Positions 1-9,314 of a stretch of DNA of 32,000 bases are shown here, in pieces (within the stretch, counting starts at the first letter, position 1; every line of letters begins with the position of its first letter). A model generated the notes under the pieces. It was not told where the DNA came from, made no database searches, and saw only the letters and a list, made by a program, of their open reading frames with translations. The stretch is from Bifidobacterium longum subsp. longum JCM 1217. GTDB taxonomy: Bacteria > Actinomycetota > Actinomycetes > Actinomycetales > Bifidobacteriaceae. Made by a program: the position numbers and the translations under genes. Location of the stretch: positions 1,740,001 to 1,772,000 of the forward strand of contig NC_015067.1 of the NCBI RefSeq assembly GCF_000196555.1. The letters run 5' to 3'.

Positions 1-302
1 CCGTCGATTTTGCCGATGTACCAGTAACGCTGGCCGGGGCGGCTTTCGGCGGGTCGGGTGGTCCAGAAGCCGTCGAAGTGGGCGATGTCGGCGATTCTGG
101 AGCTCATAAAGCGCAAAATCTTGCTGTCGACTTCGAGCTTATAGCGGGGACCATGATCCGCGTTCTCGGCGCTCGGCTGGGCGAGGTTACGCGGATTGAG
201 CTGGTCGTGGAGGGCATGCTGACCGGCTTCTTCGAGAAGGCCGGCGACTTTGAGCGCAAGGTTGCGCAGGTCCTGTGGGGTCTCTTCGCGTGTTTCTTCC
301 AT
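1..302 (-). CDS. hypothetical protein, N-terminal part only (gene runs off the left edge)
   Basis: ATG at 302 (complement of cat 300-302), open to base 1. It begins 12 nt after the dop stop, so it is probably co-transcribed. Hand translation: MEETREETPQDLRNLALKVAGLLEEAGQHALHDQLNPRNL... It is missing from the ORF track because no stop lies in the window. No family recognised. Confidence 0.4.
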   Translation of the reverse strand, partial: MEETREETPQDLRNLALKVAGLLEEAGQHALHDQLNPRNLAQPSAENADHGPRYKLEVDSKILRFMSSRIADIAHFDGFWTTRPAESRPGQRYWYIGKID

Positions 303-313
303 AGCTACCAAGT

Positions 314-1981
314 CTATCGTTCGGCGTTGATGGCCAGCGACTTCAGCAGATCGATGGCGTGTTCGGCCGAATTGAGTTCGGTTTCGCAGCGCGCCTTGGT
401 GAAGGCGAGCGGATCGGAGATGTCGAGGGAGAACAGGTGATGGTCGGTAGCGGCCATATGGCCGGCATTGCCGTAGAATTCGACAGCCTCGCCCTCGTCT
501 GCGGCGCGCGGGTCGCGAACAGTGAGTCGGGACCAGCTGGCGGCGGCCACCTCATCGCCGAATTGCGCCACGAGTTTTGCCCTGAGCCAGGCGCGGGTGT
601 CTTCCGGCGGTTCGGTAGTGGCGCGTGCGATGTCGGCGGCGCTCACCACCCGTTCGGTGCGGGGTTCGAGTTTGGTGAAGATGCTGTCCGCGGGGTCGAG
701 CGCCGCCCATTTCAGGTCGATGACCTTCAGTCGCGGGTCGTTCCAGCCATTGGCCACGCTGGGCGCAGCTGCCGCGGTGATTTTGCGGCGCAGTTTTTCG
801 AGCAGCTGCCATTTGAGCAGCCATTCGATGCGGCTGGCCTCGCCGGTCATGGCCAGACGTTCGTCATCGCCGGCGGTGTGACGGATGGAGGCGCAGTCGA
901 TGAGCGCCTGCTGCCACATCGCCATGATGGATGTGGTGGATTTGTCCGGCCAGGCGGGCTCGCCGGCGGTGTCGGTGCCTTCGACCAGTGCGGCGACCTG
1001 GTAGACGGCTTGGCGCAGTTTGAGCTGGATAAGCCATGCGTTGGTTTCGCCGCCGTTGGCCAGCGGCAGGCTTGCGCCCAGCGTCAGGTCGTGGGAGACG
1101 GTGTGCATGGCTTCGACTGGGTCAGACAGTTCGAGTTCGTCGAGGAAGGCGTTCAGATCGAATCCGGCTTCGTCCGCGTGTTCGAGCAGCCACAGCAGCA
1201 TGCTCGTGGTGCCGAGTTTCAGGGCCTGCGGTACCTCCATACGGTTGGCGTCGCCGACGATGACGTGCAGGCGGCGGTATTCGTCGGTGGAGTGGGATTC
1301 GTCGCGCGTGTTGATAATCGGGCGTTCGAAGGTGGTTTGCAGGCCGACTTTGACGTGGATGTAGTCGGCGCGCTGGCTGAGCTGATAGCCGGGGATTTCG
1401 CTGTTCTCGCCGATTCCTACGCGGCCGGAGCCGGCGTAGATCTGGCGGGTGACGAAGTGGAGGGTCATCAGGCGCGTGACTAGGTCAAATGGCACTGAGC
1501 GGGCCATCATATAGTTCTCGTGCGCGCCCCAGCAGGAGCCCTTGCCGTCCACATTGTTGCGATGCAGGGCGATGGGGGCGCCGGTCTGTGTGCGGGCGCG
1601 TTCGGTGGCGGCCTGCATGATGAGGTCTCCGGCACGGTCATAGCGGGCCGCTTCGAACGGGTCGGTGGTTTCCGGTGCCGAGTATTCGGGATGGGCGTGG
1701 TCCACGTAGACGCGGCCACCGTTGGGGGCGATCACGTTGGTGATGTTGAGTTGTGGGGCGTCGGTGAGCATGTCCGGTCGGGCGGCGGCACGTTCGAGTC
1801 GGGTGCCGCGCGCGTCGTTGACCGGGTCCTCCTGCCGGTAGTCCCAGCGGATGGATTTGCTGTGGCTGTCCGCGGCGCCGTTCACCACGTCGAAGGACAG
1901 TTGCACCGGGTTGTAGCGGTCCGGGGTGTTCAGGGATACCGCGTATTCGGTTTCGGTGCCCATCACTCGTTTGACGGTCAT
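314..1981 (-). CDS. dop: Pup deamidase/depupylase Dop (Pup-ligase family)
   Basis: 555-aa ORF with blocks I recognise from mycobacterial Dop: GTETEY near the N-terminus, the RWDY...DARG loop, VYVDHAHPEYSAPE, NNVDGKG, GSGRVGIG, YQLSQRADYI, INTRDESH and RRLHVIVGD. The RWDY loop and NNVDGKG favour Dop over PafA. It lies directly downstream of arc, as in other actinobacteria. Confidence 0.8.
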   Translation of the reverse strand: MTVKRVMGTETEYAVSLNTPDRYNPVQLSFDVVNGAADSHSKSIRWDYRQEDPVNDARGTRLERAAARPDMLTDAPQLNITNVIAPNGGRVYVDHAHPEYSAPETTDPFEAARYDRAGDLIMQAATERARTQTGAPIALHRNNVDGKGSCWGAHENYMMARSVPFDLVTRLMTLHFVTRQIYAGSGRVGIGENSEIPGYQLSQRADYIHVKVGLQTTFERPIINTRDESHSTDEYRRLHVIVGDANRMEVPQALKLGTTSMLLWLLEHADEAGFDLNAFLDELELSDPVEAMHTVSHDLTLGASLPLANGGETNAWLIQLKLRQAVYQVAALVEGTDTAGEPAWPDKSTTSIMAMWQQALIDCASIRHTAGDDERLAMTGEASRIEWLLKWQLLEKLRRKITAAAAPSVANGWNDPRLKVIDLKWAALDPADSIFTKLEPRTERVVSAADIARATTEPPEDTRAWLRAKLVAQFGDEVAAASWSRLTVRDPRAADEGEAVEFYGNAGHMAATDHHLFSLDISDPLAFTKARCETELNSAEHAIDLLKSLAINAER

Positions 1982-2002
1982 GTAGTGCTCCTTGAGCTTG
2001 AG

Positions 2003-3567
2003 CTATTCGGCGGTGCGGATGCGGCGGATCGGGTCCATGCCGTTGATGCGCGACCATTGTTCGGGGTCCACGTCGGCCATGGAATCGCGGGTCTCGCGGT
2101 ATTCGTCTTCCACGGCGGCGGCGAGCAACGGCACGGTGAGTGCCACGTCCGAGCCGGTTTCGATGGATTCCTTGACCGCTCGGGTCTTGGCCCGGTCCAC
2201 GATGTTCTTGAGCATCGCGCCGGAGACCACATCGGCCAGGAACAACGCATGCCACTGGCCGTTCTCCTCCTGCACGTCGCACAGATGGCGGCGTTCGGAG
2301 GCTCCGTAAATGTCATGCACCAGCACGGCGGACAAGGCGTGCGCGTCGACGCCATCTTCCAGAGGCAGGTCGTCGGTCAAGTAATGGTCCACGATGGCGA
2401 TGGCCTGATTGGCTTTGGGCCGACCAACGCGAATCTTGACGTCGAGACGCCCCGGTCGTAGCACGGCCGGATCGATCATGTCCACGCGGTTGGATGCGCC
2501 GATCACCATCACATTGTCGAGTGATTCCACGCCGTCGAGTTCGGAGAGGAACTGGGGCACGATCGTGGTCTCCACGTCGGAGGAGACGCCGGAGCCGCGG
2601 GTGCGCAGCAGCGAATCCATTTCGTCGATGAAAACGACCACCGGATTGCCGTCCGCGGCGCGTTCGCGGGCGCGCTGGAAGATCAGGCGAATCAGCCGTT
2701 CGGATTCGCCGACGTATTTGTTGAGCAGTTCCGGGCCCTTGACGGACAGGAACACGCCTTTAACGCGGGTTTCGGCCGGGCTGATCGAGCCGTCGCCGTT
2801 CGTATCGTCCCCCCCTCGCACAGGGCGTTCGCCACGGCCTTGGCAATCATCGTCTTGCCGTTGCCGGGCGGGCCGTACAGCAGCACGCCCTTCGGCGGCT
2901 TCAAATCGTAACGCTCAAACAGCGCACGATGCTGGAACGGCAGTTGGACGGCGTCCCTGATACGACCAATCTCACTATCCAAGCCGCCGATGTCGGCGAA
3001 CGTGACATCCGGGGTCTCCTCCAGCACCAGATCCTTGTCGCCCTCGGCGGGCAGCGCTTCGATGGCGAGGCGGACGGACGGATCGACGATAATACGGTCG
3101 CCCTGATTGATGCCCGCATACGCGAGCGCGCCGGAACGGCGGATGAGCACGGGATTGCCGGAGGCGTCGGTAACGATCAGTCGACCGTCGTCAAGTACCT
3201 GCTTGACACTGCGAATCTGGCCCACGGTGTCAGCATCGCGCTGCTCGACCAGCACGAGCTTCTCGTTGAGCATCACGGTGGCCCCGGCGGTCAGGCGGGC
3301 GGCGTTGACGTTGGAGGCCACAGGCACCACCATGCGGCGGGTGCCGGAAATGACTTCGGCCGACGCGTGCTGGATGCCGTCTTCATCGGTGCGGGTGGAA
3401 TCGACCTTGACCATGGTGGCGAAGGTGAGCGGCGGCTGAGCGAGCTGGGCGAGCTGTGACTTCGCCTTGGTCAGTTCCTTGCCGGCGCGGCTCAGCGCTT
3501 CGGCGAGCGCATGGTTCTTGGCCATCAGGCGATCGTTCAGCGCGGCGAGATCTTCGGTGTCGCTCAT
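2003..3567 (-). pseudogene. arc: AAA+ ATPase ARC (Mpa homologue), reading frame broken by a -1 frameshift in a 7-nt homopolymer
   Basis: Two overlapping minus-strand ORFs, 2692-3567 and 2003-2821, together give a colinear ARC/Mpa protein. The first carries an N-terminal coiled coil, OB region and Walker A GPPGNGKT. The second carries KGPELLNKYVGESERLIRLIF, Walker B VVFIDEMDS, SSDVETTIVPQFLSELDG and DPAVLRPGRLD. The frames switch at C7 (2809-2815, G7 on the coding strand). One extra G would give ...ANALCEGGDDTNGDGS... in a single frame. Confidence 0.8.
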
Positions 3568-3627
3568 GCGGGTTCTTCGCTTCCCTTCTATCCGGGATTT
3601 TCGGCAACTTATGGCAGTCGGCAGACC

Positions 3628-4347
3628 CTATTCGTTGCCGTCGGAGGATTTCCTGTTACGTATTACAGTACGCACTTTTCGCACCACGAACCATACGATG
3701 ATCACAATCACGGCCGCGATGACCACGTCCTCGAACACGCCGAGCGCGCCTTGAATCGAGCACCACTGGTCGCCGAGCAGGTAACCGGCGGAAACGAGGA
3801 TGGTGTTCCACACGGCCGAGCCGAGCAGGGTCCAGCCGGTGAAGTGCAGGAAGTTCATGCGGTTGAATCCGGCGGGAATCGAAATCAGCGAGCGTACCAC
3901 GGGAATCACGCGGCCGATGAGCACCGACCATGTGCCGTATTTGGTGAACCAGTCGTTGGCTTTGCTCACGTCTTTGCGGCTGACGCCGGGGATTTTGTCT
4001 GCCGCGAGATTGATGCGATGCAGGCCCACCCAGCGGGAGATGCCGTACAAGGTCCAGGCACCCAGTACGGAGCCGATGGTGGCCCAGATGATTGCGCCCG
4101 GCAGACTCAGGGTGCCGCGTGCGGCGGTGAAGCCGGAGAGCGGAAGGATGACTTCGGACGGGATGGGCGGGAAGATGGATTCGAGGGCGATGGCCAAGGC
4201 CACGCCGATACCGCCGATGGTTTCCATCAGCATGATCAGCCAGTCGGTGATGGTGCCGATCAGGCCGGGTTCGGTGGTGGTGCAGATGGGTGTGGGGTCG
4301 GTTGCAAGAATAGTGGCGGCTGCCATGGAAAAACTCATAGAGGGCAT
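3628..4347 (-). CDS. DedA family (SNARE-associated) inner membrane protein
   Basis: 239-aa hydrophobic ORF with DedA-type blocks (LESIFPPIPSEVILPLSG, GRVIPVVRSLISIPAG) and several predicted TM stretches. The start could also be an internal Met. Confidence 0.75.
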   Translation of the reverse strand: MPSMSFSMAAATILATDPTPICTTTEPGLIGTITDWLIMLMETIGGIGVALAIALESIFPPIPSEVILPLSGFTAARGTLSLPGAIIWATIGSVLGAWTLYGISRWVGLHRINLAADKIPGVSRKDVSKANDWFTKYGTWSVLIGRVIPVVRSLISIPAGFNRMNFLHFTGWTLLGSAVWNTILVSAGYLLGDQWCSIQGALGVFEDVVIAAVIVIIVWFVVRKVRTVIRNRKSSDGNE

Positions 4348-4376
4348 TGTCCCAAGGTTTTCCCAGAATCAGAAGC

Positions 4377-5099
4377 ATGACGCAAGAAGATGTGCATTTT
4401 GTTGACAAGTCCGCCGAGAGCGAAGTTGGGAGCCCGGCTGATTCTGCGGTTTCTGTGCCGACGCTGAGCAAGCCCGGCCTGCTGGTTATGGATGTGGACT
4501 CCACGCTCATTGACGAAGAGGTTATCGACGAGTTGGGCGTGGTGGCTGGCTGCGGTGAGGAGATTGCCGGAGTGACCGCACGCGCCATGCGCGGCGAACT
4601 GGAGTTCTGCGATGCGCTGCGCGCACGAGTGGCCCTGTTGGAGGGCCTGCCGATCTCCGTGTTCGACACGGTGCATGACAAGCTGCATTTCACCAAGGGT
4701 GCACTGGAGCTTATCGACACGCTGCATGAACACGGTTGGAAGATCGGCGTGGTGTCCGGAGGCTTCCATGAAGTGGTTGACATGTTGGCGGCCGAGGGCC
4801 ATATCGACTATTGGATTGCCAACCGGCTTGAGGTTGCCGATGGGTGCTTGACCGGCAAGGTGCTCGGCGAAATCGTGAGCAAGACTGTGAAGTTACACGC
4901 CTTGCAGACATGGGCGGACCGTTTGGGTATTCCGATGAGCCAGACCGTGGCTGTGGGCGATGGCGCCAACGATATTCCGATGATTCAGGCCGCCGGTTTG
5001 GGTCTCGCGTTCTGTGCCAAGCCAAAGACCCAGCTCGCCGCCGACAAAGCCATCAACGACCGCGACCTAACCCACGTACTCGATTACCTGCGCCGGTAA
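4377..5099 (+). CDS. serB: phosphoserine phosphatase (HAD-IB, SerB-like)
   Basis: HAD motif I (MDVDSTLIDEEVIDELG), motif II (VVSGGF) and motif III (GDGANDIPMIQAAGLGLAF). The track ORF opens at TTG 4347. I prefer ATG 4377 (MTQEDVHFV), but the start is uncertain. Confidence 0.7.
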   Translation: MTQEDVHFVDKSAESEVGSPADSAVSVPTLSKPGLLVMDVDSTLIDEEVIDELGVVAGCGEEIAGVTARAMRGELEFCDALRARVALLEGLPISVFDTVHDKLHFTKGALELIDTLHEHGWKIGVVSGGFHEVVDMLAAEGHIDYWIANRLEVADGCLTGKVLGEIVSKTVKLHALQTWADRLGIPMSQTVAVGDGANDIPMIQAAGLGLAFCAKPKTQLAADKAINDRDLTHVLDYLRR

Positions 5100-5138
5100 A
5101 ATTTTACCGACCTCGGCTCCGGCACTTATAGTTGAGCC

Positions 5139-7451
5139 ATGACTACTTCAGGCGCAGAACAGTTGACGCTTGCGGGGCTGGCTCCCCGCAAGCGTCGTAA
5201 ACGTGCGCCTGCGGAGCATACGCCGGCCGAGCAGCATCCCATAGCGCAAGTCGTGCTGGATGTGCAGGCGCTCCACCTCGGTCAGACATTCGATTACTTC
5301 ATTGATGAAAAAGACAGCGAGGCCGCACAACCGGGTGTGCTGGTGCGCGTGCGGTTTGGCGGTCAGAGGGTCAGCGGTGTGATTTGGGCACGCACCGATA
5401 CCAGTGATACGCCGCGCTCTTCGATTCGCTATATCGAGCGAGTGCTAAGCCCCGATGTACTGGTTCCCGCTTCGATGCGCGAGGATATCGGTCTGGTTGC
5501 CAAAGCCTATGGCGGCACACGGGCCAATATTCTGCGTTTCGCCGTGCCACCGCGCGTGGCCAAGGTGGAGACCGAGCAGCGGTTGGCCGCGTCGTTCCGT
5601 CGGCCGGTCGGCGGCTCATTGCCGGATAATACGCAAGGCGGTTTTGCCGGGCGTGGCACCAATCCCGATGGGACCAAACTTGCTGGCTCTACCTTTGCCG
5701 TTGCTAGCACCGTTTCGGAGGGAGCTGCGCAGGGGTATCGTCGTCTGACCGCCAATTACGCCGATGTCAATGTGCTTCATGACGCGCTTACCGGTCAACG
5801 TTTCCAATCTTTTGTGTTTGATTCGTTGCCCGGTGCACAGGAGTGGCAACGAAACATGGCATGGATGGTGGCCACTGCGTTGAGTGCCGGTAAGGCTGCC
5901 GTAGTTGAATTGCCCACCATGCGCGAGGTCGAAGACCTGATGCATATGCTACGCAATTATGGACTCAAACCATTTGCCCCTGCTCCGGCCGGCGGCTGGG
6001 TGGGCGACGTCGCCGTGCTTAACGCGGAGACCATGCCCGCGGCCGACCGGTATCGCACCTATCTGGCTGTGGCGTTGGGACAGGTGAAGGTGGTGATCGG
6101 CACCCGTGCGGTGATGTATGCGCCGGTTGAAGGCCCGGCGCTGTTCGCCATTCTGGAGGATGCCGCCTATCAGAACATGGACGGTATGATGCCATATCCA
6201 CAGGCCCGTGGCGTGATGCGGCTGCGCGCCAAGTCCCATGGCGGCGTGTTCGTGGCCATGGCCAATGCGCGCACCCCGCAAAGCCAGTGGGAAAACACCG
6301 GTCCAGGTACAGTGGAGACCCCAGTGAGCGGCTATTCCACCACAATTCATCCGCTCGCCTCGCCGCTGAAGGACGCCACTCCTTGGGTGCGTTGGCTCAA
6401 TCGCGATGAACTTGCGCGTCTTGCCGACCCGTCCATCGGGGCGCGCGTGCCGCATACGGCCGTCCACGTGCTATCTAAGGCTTTGGAGAGCGGCCCCGTG
6501 CTGCTGTCCATTCCGCAAGACAGCGTCAGTGAGACTCTGAGTTGTGCGAAATGCCATCGTCAGGCGCGTTGTGCCAAGTGTTCCGGACCGTTGCAACTAC
6601 CGGCCGACCGCCGGGATTCCACACCGCGATGCCGCTGGTGTGGGGCTGCTGCCATCAATTGGAAGTGCCCGGGCTGTGGGCATGAACGTATGCGTGTGGT
6701 GCGCGTGGGTGCTGCAGGCACTGCGGCTGAACTGGCCGGGTTGTTCCGCGGCGTGCCAGTAGTTTTGTCCAGCAAGACGCAGGGCCTGGTGCGCGATGTG
6801 GCTTGCCAGCCGATGATCGTCATCGCCACTCCCGGTTTCGAACCGCGCGTGCGTCCGGTCAGTGCCGAGCAGGGATCGGCTGGCCATGAGTATCGTGCCG
6901 TGGCCGTGCTCGACGCTTGGACCAGCTTGTATGCGTTGGGCGTGGATGCTCGCTTGGATACGTTGACCGCGTGGATGCGTGCGGTGTCGTTGTGCGCGCC
7001 GCGTTCCCGTGGCGGCCAGGCGTTGATTCTCGGCGAAACCGACCCGGCCCTCGCCCAATCGCTGATGCTCTGGGATTCGAGGATTCTTGCAGCCAAGGAT
7101 CTTGAGGAGCGTGTGGAGACCGGTATGCCGCCGGCCGTGGCCGCCGCCTGCGTATGGGGACGCCGTGATGCGGTGATGACGCTGATGCAGCGTATCGGCG
7201 CGCTGGGCGGCGATTGGACGGCCTGCGGCGAGCTGCCCGGCATGTTGGGCCCGGTGCCGATCGCGCAACCGGACACGGTCGACGCCCGGGAGCTCGAAGC
7301 CACGGCCGACCGGGTGAAGGCAGTAATCCGTGTGCCGCAGAGTCGGCGAGCCGAGCTGGCGGCCCGACTGCACCGGGAAACCGCTCGTCATGTGGCGTCC
7401 CGCGAACCCGGCGAGCTTCGCTTCCGAGTAGATCCCAAGGACCTGATCTAA
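5139..7451 (+). CDS. priA: primosomal protein N' / replication restart protein PriA homologue with degenerate helicase motifs
   Basis: 770-aa ORF. The Cys-rich zinc module CAKCHRQARCAKCSGPL...CRWCG...WKCPGCGH is typical of PriA. The region aligning to E. coli PriA helicase motifs is recognisable (VVIGTRAVMYAP versus IVIGTRSALFTP), but Walker A and DExH are not conserved. Confidence 0.7.
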   Translation: MTTSGAEQLTLAGLAPRKRRKRAPAEHTPAEQHPIAQVVLDVQALHLGQTFDYFIDEKDSEAAQPGVLVRVRFGGQRVSGVIWARTDTSDTPRSSIRYIERVLSPDVLVPASMREDIGLVAKAYGGTRANILRFAVPPRVAKVETEQRLAASFRRPVGGSLPDNTQGGFAGRGTNPDGTKLAGSTFAVASTVSEGAAQGYRRLTANYADVNVLHDALTGQRFQSFVFDSLPGAQEWQRNMAWMVATALSAGKAAVVELPTMREVEDLMHMLRNYGLKPFAPAPAGGWVGDVAVLNAETMPAADRYRTYLAVALGQVKVVIGTRAVMYAPVEGPALFAILEDAAYQNMDGMMPYPQARGVMRLRAKSHGGVFVAMANARTPQSQWENTGPGTVETPVSGYSTTIHPLASPLKDATPWVRWLNRDELARLADPSIGARVPHTAVHVLSKALESGPVLLSIPQDSVSETLSCAKCHRQARCAKCSGPLQLPADRRDSTPRCRWCGAAAINWKCPGCGHERMRVVRVGAAGTAAELAGLFRGVPVVLSSKTQGLVRDVACQPMIVIATPGFEPRVRPVSAEQGSAGHEYRAVAVLDAWTSLYALGVDARLDTLTAWMRAVSLCAPRSRGGQALILGETDPALAQSLMLWDSRILAAKDLEERVETGMPPAVAAACVWGRRDAVMTLMQRIGALGGDWTACGELPGMLGPVPIAQPDTVDARELEATADRVKAVIRVPQSRRAELAARLHRETARHVASREPGELRFRVDPKDLI

Positions 7452-7509
7452 TCGTCTTCAACACGTGAAACGATAATTACAGAATGAACATCGCTAGAAG
7501 GAGGACACC

Positions 7510-8214
7510 ATGAAGGGCTGGCCTGGAGAGCCGGATATGGATTACGACGTGCTGGTCGCGGACGGCGAGGCCGCTGCGAACGCCGGCAAGCCGATCACCG
7601 ACGTGATCTTCGATTTCGGCAACGTGCTGATTTACTGGGATCCGGCCGCCGTACTCATCCCCCGCTACAGCCAGAAGACCATCGACGAATTCCTCGACAA
7701 CGACATCTCCGGCTTCTACGATGTCAACGACCTGATGGACGGCGGCACCAGCACCGACGAGGCCATCGCCATCATGCGCCGTGACAAGGGCGATAAGTGG
7801 GCGGACATCCTCGACTACTACATCAAGAACTTCCGCGACTCCCTGACCGGCATCGTGCCGGGCGCGCGCGTGCTGGTCAATGACCTGAAGGCTGCCGGCA
7901 TCGGCGTGTGGGGCCTGAGCAACTGGGAATCCAGTCTGTTCCACGTGGCCGAGGAACAGTGCGATATTTTGCAGCAGCTTGATGGCAAACTCGTCTCCGG
8001 TTTTGTCAAGCTGCGCAAGCCACACAAGGAAATCTACGAGGCCGCGTTGAACCAGTTCGGCATCAAGGCCGATGGCGCGTTGTTCATCGACGACAAGGCC
8101 ATGAACATCGTCGGCTCGAATGCGGCCGGCATCCGTGGCGTACGTTTCCAGGATCCGGTCAAGCTGCGTGAACTGCTCATCGCCAATGGCGTGAACATTC
8201 CGGCCGTGCAGTGA
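7510..8214 (+). CDS. HAD-superfamily hydrolase/phosphatase
   Basis: ATG preceded by GAAGGAGG. Contains DxD motif I (VIFDFGNVL) and a distal FIDDKAMN motif. Substrate is not inferable. Confidence 0.65.
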   Translation: MKGWPGEPDMDYDVLVADGEAAANAGKPITDVIFDFGNVLIYWDPAAVLIPRYSQKTIDEFLDNDISGFYDVNDLMDGGTSTDEAIAIMRRDKGDKWADILDYYIKNFRDSLTGIVPGARVLVNDLKAAGIGVWGLSNWESSLFHVAEEQCDILQQLDGKLVSGFVKLRKPHKEIYEAALNQFGIKADGALFIDDKAMNIVGSNAAGIRGVRFQDPVKLRELLIANGVNIPAVQ

Positions 8215-8237
8215 GCATCGACGTTTTAAGGAGGACC

Positions 8238-9224
8238 ATGCTCAAACTCGTGTTCGCCGGCACCCCCGATGTAGCGGTGCCCTCGCTCAAGGCCTTTGCC
8301 ACCGATCCACGTTTTGATGTGGTCGGCGTCATTACCCGCCCCGATGCGCCTACCGGTCGCGGCCGCAAGCTCACGCCCAGCCCGGTCAAGGCGACGGCTC
8401 TGGAGCTCGGGTTGCCCGTCATCGATCTCAAACCCCGCTCCCCCGAATTCATGGAGGCGTTGAACGACCTGCATGCGGATATCGCCGCTGTCATCGCCTA
8501 TGGCAATATCCTGCCCAAGAACGTACTCGACGCAGTGCCCCTGGGCTGGTACAACCTGCATTTCTCCAACCTGCCGAAGTGGCGTGGCGCCGCTCCCGCC
8601 CAGCGTGCGATTTGGGCGGGCGACCCGACCACCGGCGCCGACGTGTTCAAGGTGGGCGAGGGTTTGGACGATGGCCCGATCGTCGCTTCCCTGACCATCG
8701 AGCTGACCGGCCGTGAGACCTCCGGCGAACTCCTCGACCGTCTGGCCGAGGAAGGCGCACCCATGTATGTGGATGCCTTGGCCGCCGTGGGTGAAGGCAC
8801 TGCCACATTCACCGCGCAACCGGCCGAAGGCCTGGAATACGCGCACAAAATCACGGTGGAAGATGCTCGTATCAGCTGGACGGACGAGGCCGAGGCCATC
8901 GACCGTCAGGTTCGCGCCTGCACGCCACATCCTGGGGCATGGACCGAACTGTTTGCGGAGGGGCCAATCGCCGATAATGACGAGCCGGCCGCCAAACCCC
9001 TCACCCTGCATATTCTCGCCGCGCAACCGGCCGACCAGTCCAATCCCAACACTCCGGCCGAGCTTCAGCCCGGCGAGCTGAAGGTGGGCAAGAAGAACGT
9101 GTGGGTTGGTACCGGCAGCACGCCGCTGGAACTCACCCAAGTCAAGGCGCAGGGCAAGAAGGCCATGCGCGCCGCCGACTGGGCCCGAGGCGCGCGCCTC
9201 TCCCCCGCCGCCTGCGTGCGATAA
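8238..9224 (+). CDS. fmt: methionyl-tRNA formyltransferase
   Basis: N-terminus [17 protein letters not shown] and the catalytic block [23 protein letters not shown] 8238 follows AAGGAGG (8228-8234). The track ORF start at GTG 8211 is probably upstream read-through. Confidence 0.9.
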   Translation: MLKLVFAGTPDVAVPSLKAFATDPRFDVVGVITRPDAPTGRGRKLTPSPVKATALELGLPVIDLKPRSPEFMEALNDLHADIAAVIAYGNILPKNVLDAVPLGWYNLHFSNLPKWRGAAPAQRAIWAGDPTTGADVFKVGEGLDDGPIVASLTIELTGRETSGELLDRLAEEGAPMYVDALAAVGEGTATFTAQPAEGLEYAHKITVEDARISWTDEAEAIDRQVRACTPHPGAWTELFAEGPIADNDEPAAKPLTLHILAAQPADQSNPNTPAELQPGELKVGKKNVWVGTGSTPLELTQVKAQGKKAMRAADWARGARLSPAACVR

Positions 9225-9256
9225 CAAGCAATATCGCTCCCGCCCGGAAGCACAGC

Positions 9257-9297
9257 AAAAAGCCCGGCATCTTCGCGAGGAAGATACCGGGCTTTTC
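9257..9297. terminator. bidirectional rho-independent terminator between convergent fmt and ilvD
   Basis: Hairpin AGCCCGG-C-ATCTTC / GAAGAT-A-CCGGGCT (9261-9293), with an A-run on the left (caaaaa) and a T-run on the right (ctttt). Confidence 0.7.
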
Positions 9298-9314
9298 AGC
9301 TATGCAATCGGCGA

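Noticed and set aside
1-313. Looked for a pup gene (about 64 aa, C-terminal GGQ/GGE) directly downstream of dop
   Set aside because: The only open frame there is at least 100 codons long and not Pup-like. Pup may lie outside the window, so I make no claim of absence from the genome.
359-2461. Plus-strand ORFs 359-1483 and 1520-2461 (374 and 313 aa)
   Set aside because: They are antisense to dop and arc, with a repetitive G/A/V/R-rich translation and no family resemblance.
3656-4783. 375-aa minus-strand ORF spanning the DedA gene and the serB 5' region
   Set aside because: It is an alternative frame over two well-supported genes. The translation is proline/arginine/serine-rich with no family resemblance.
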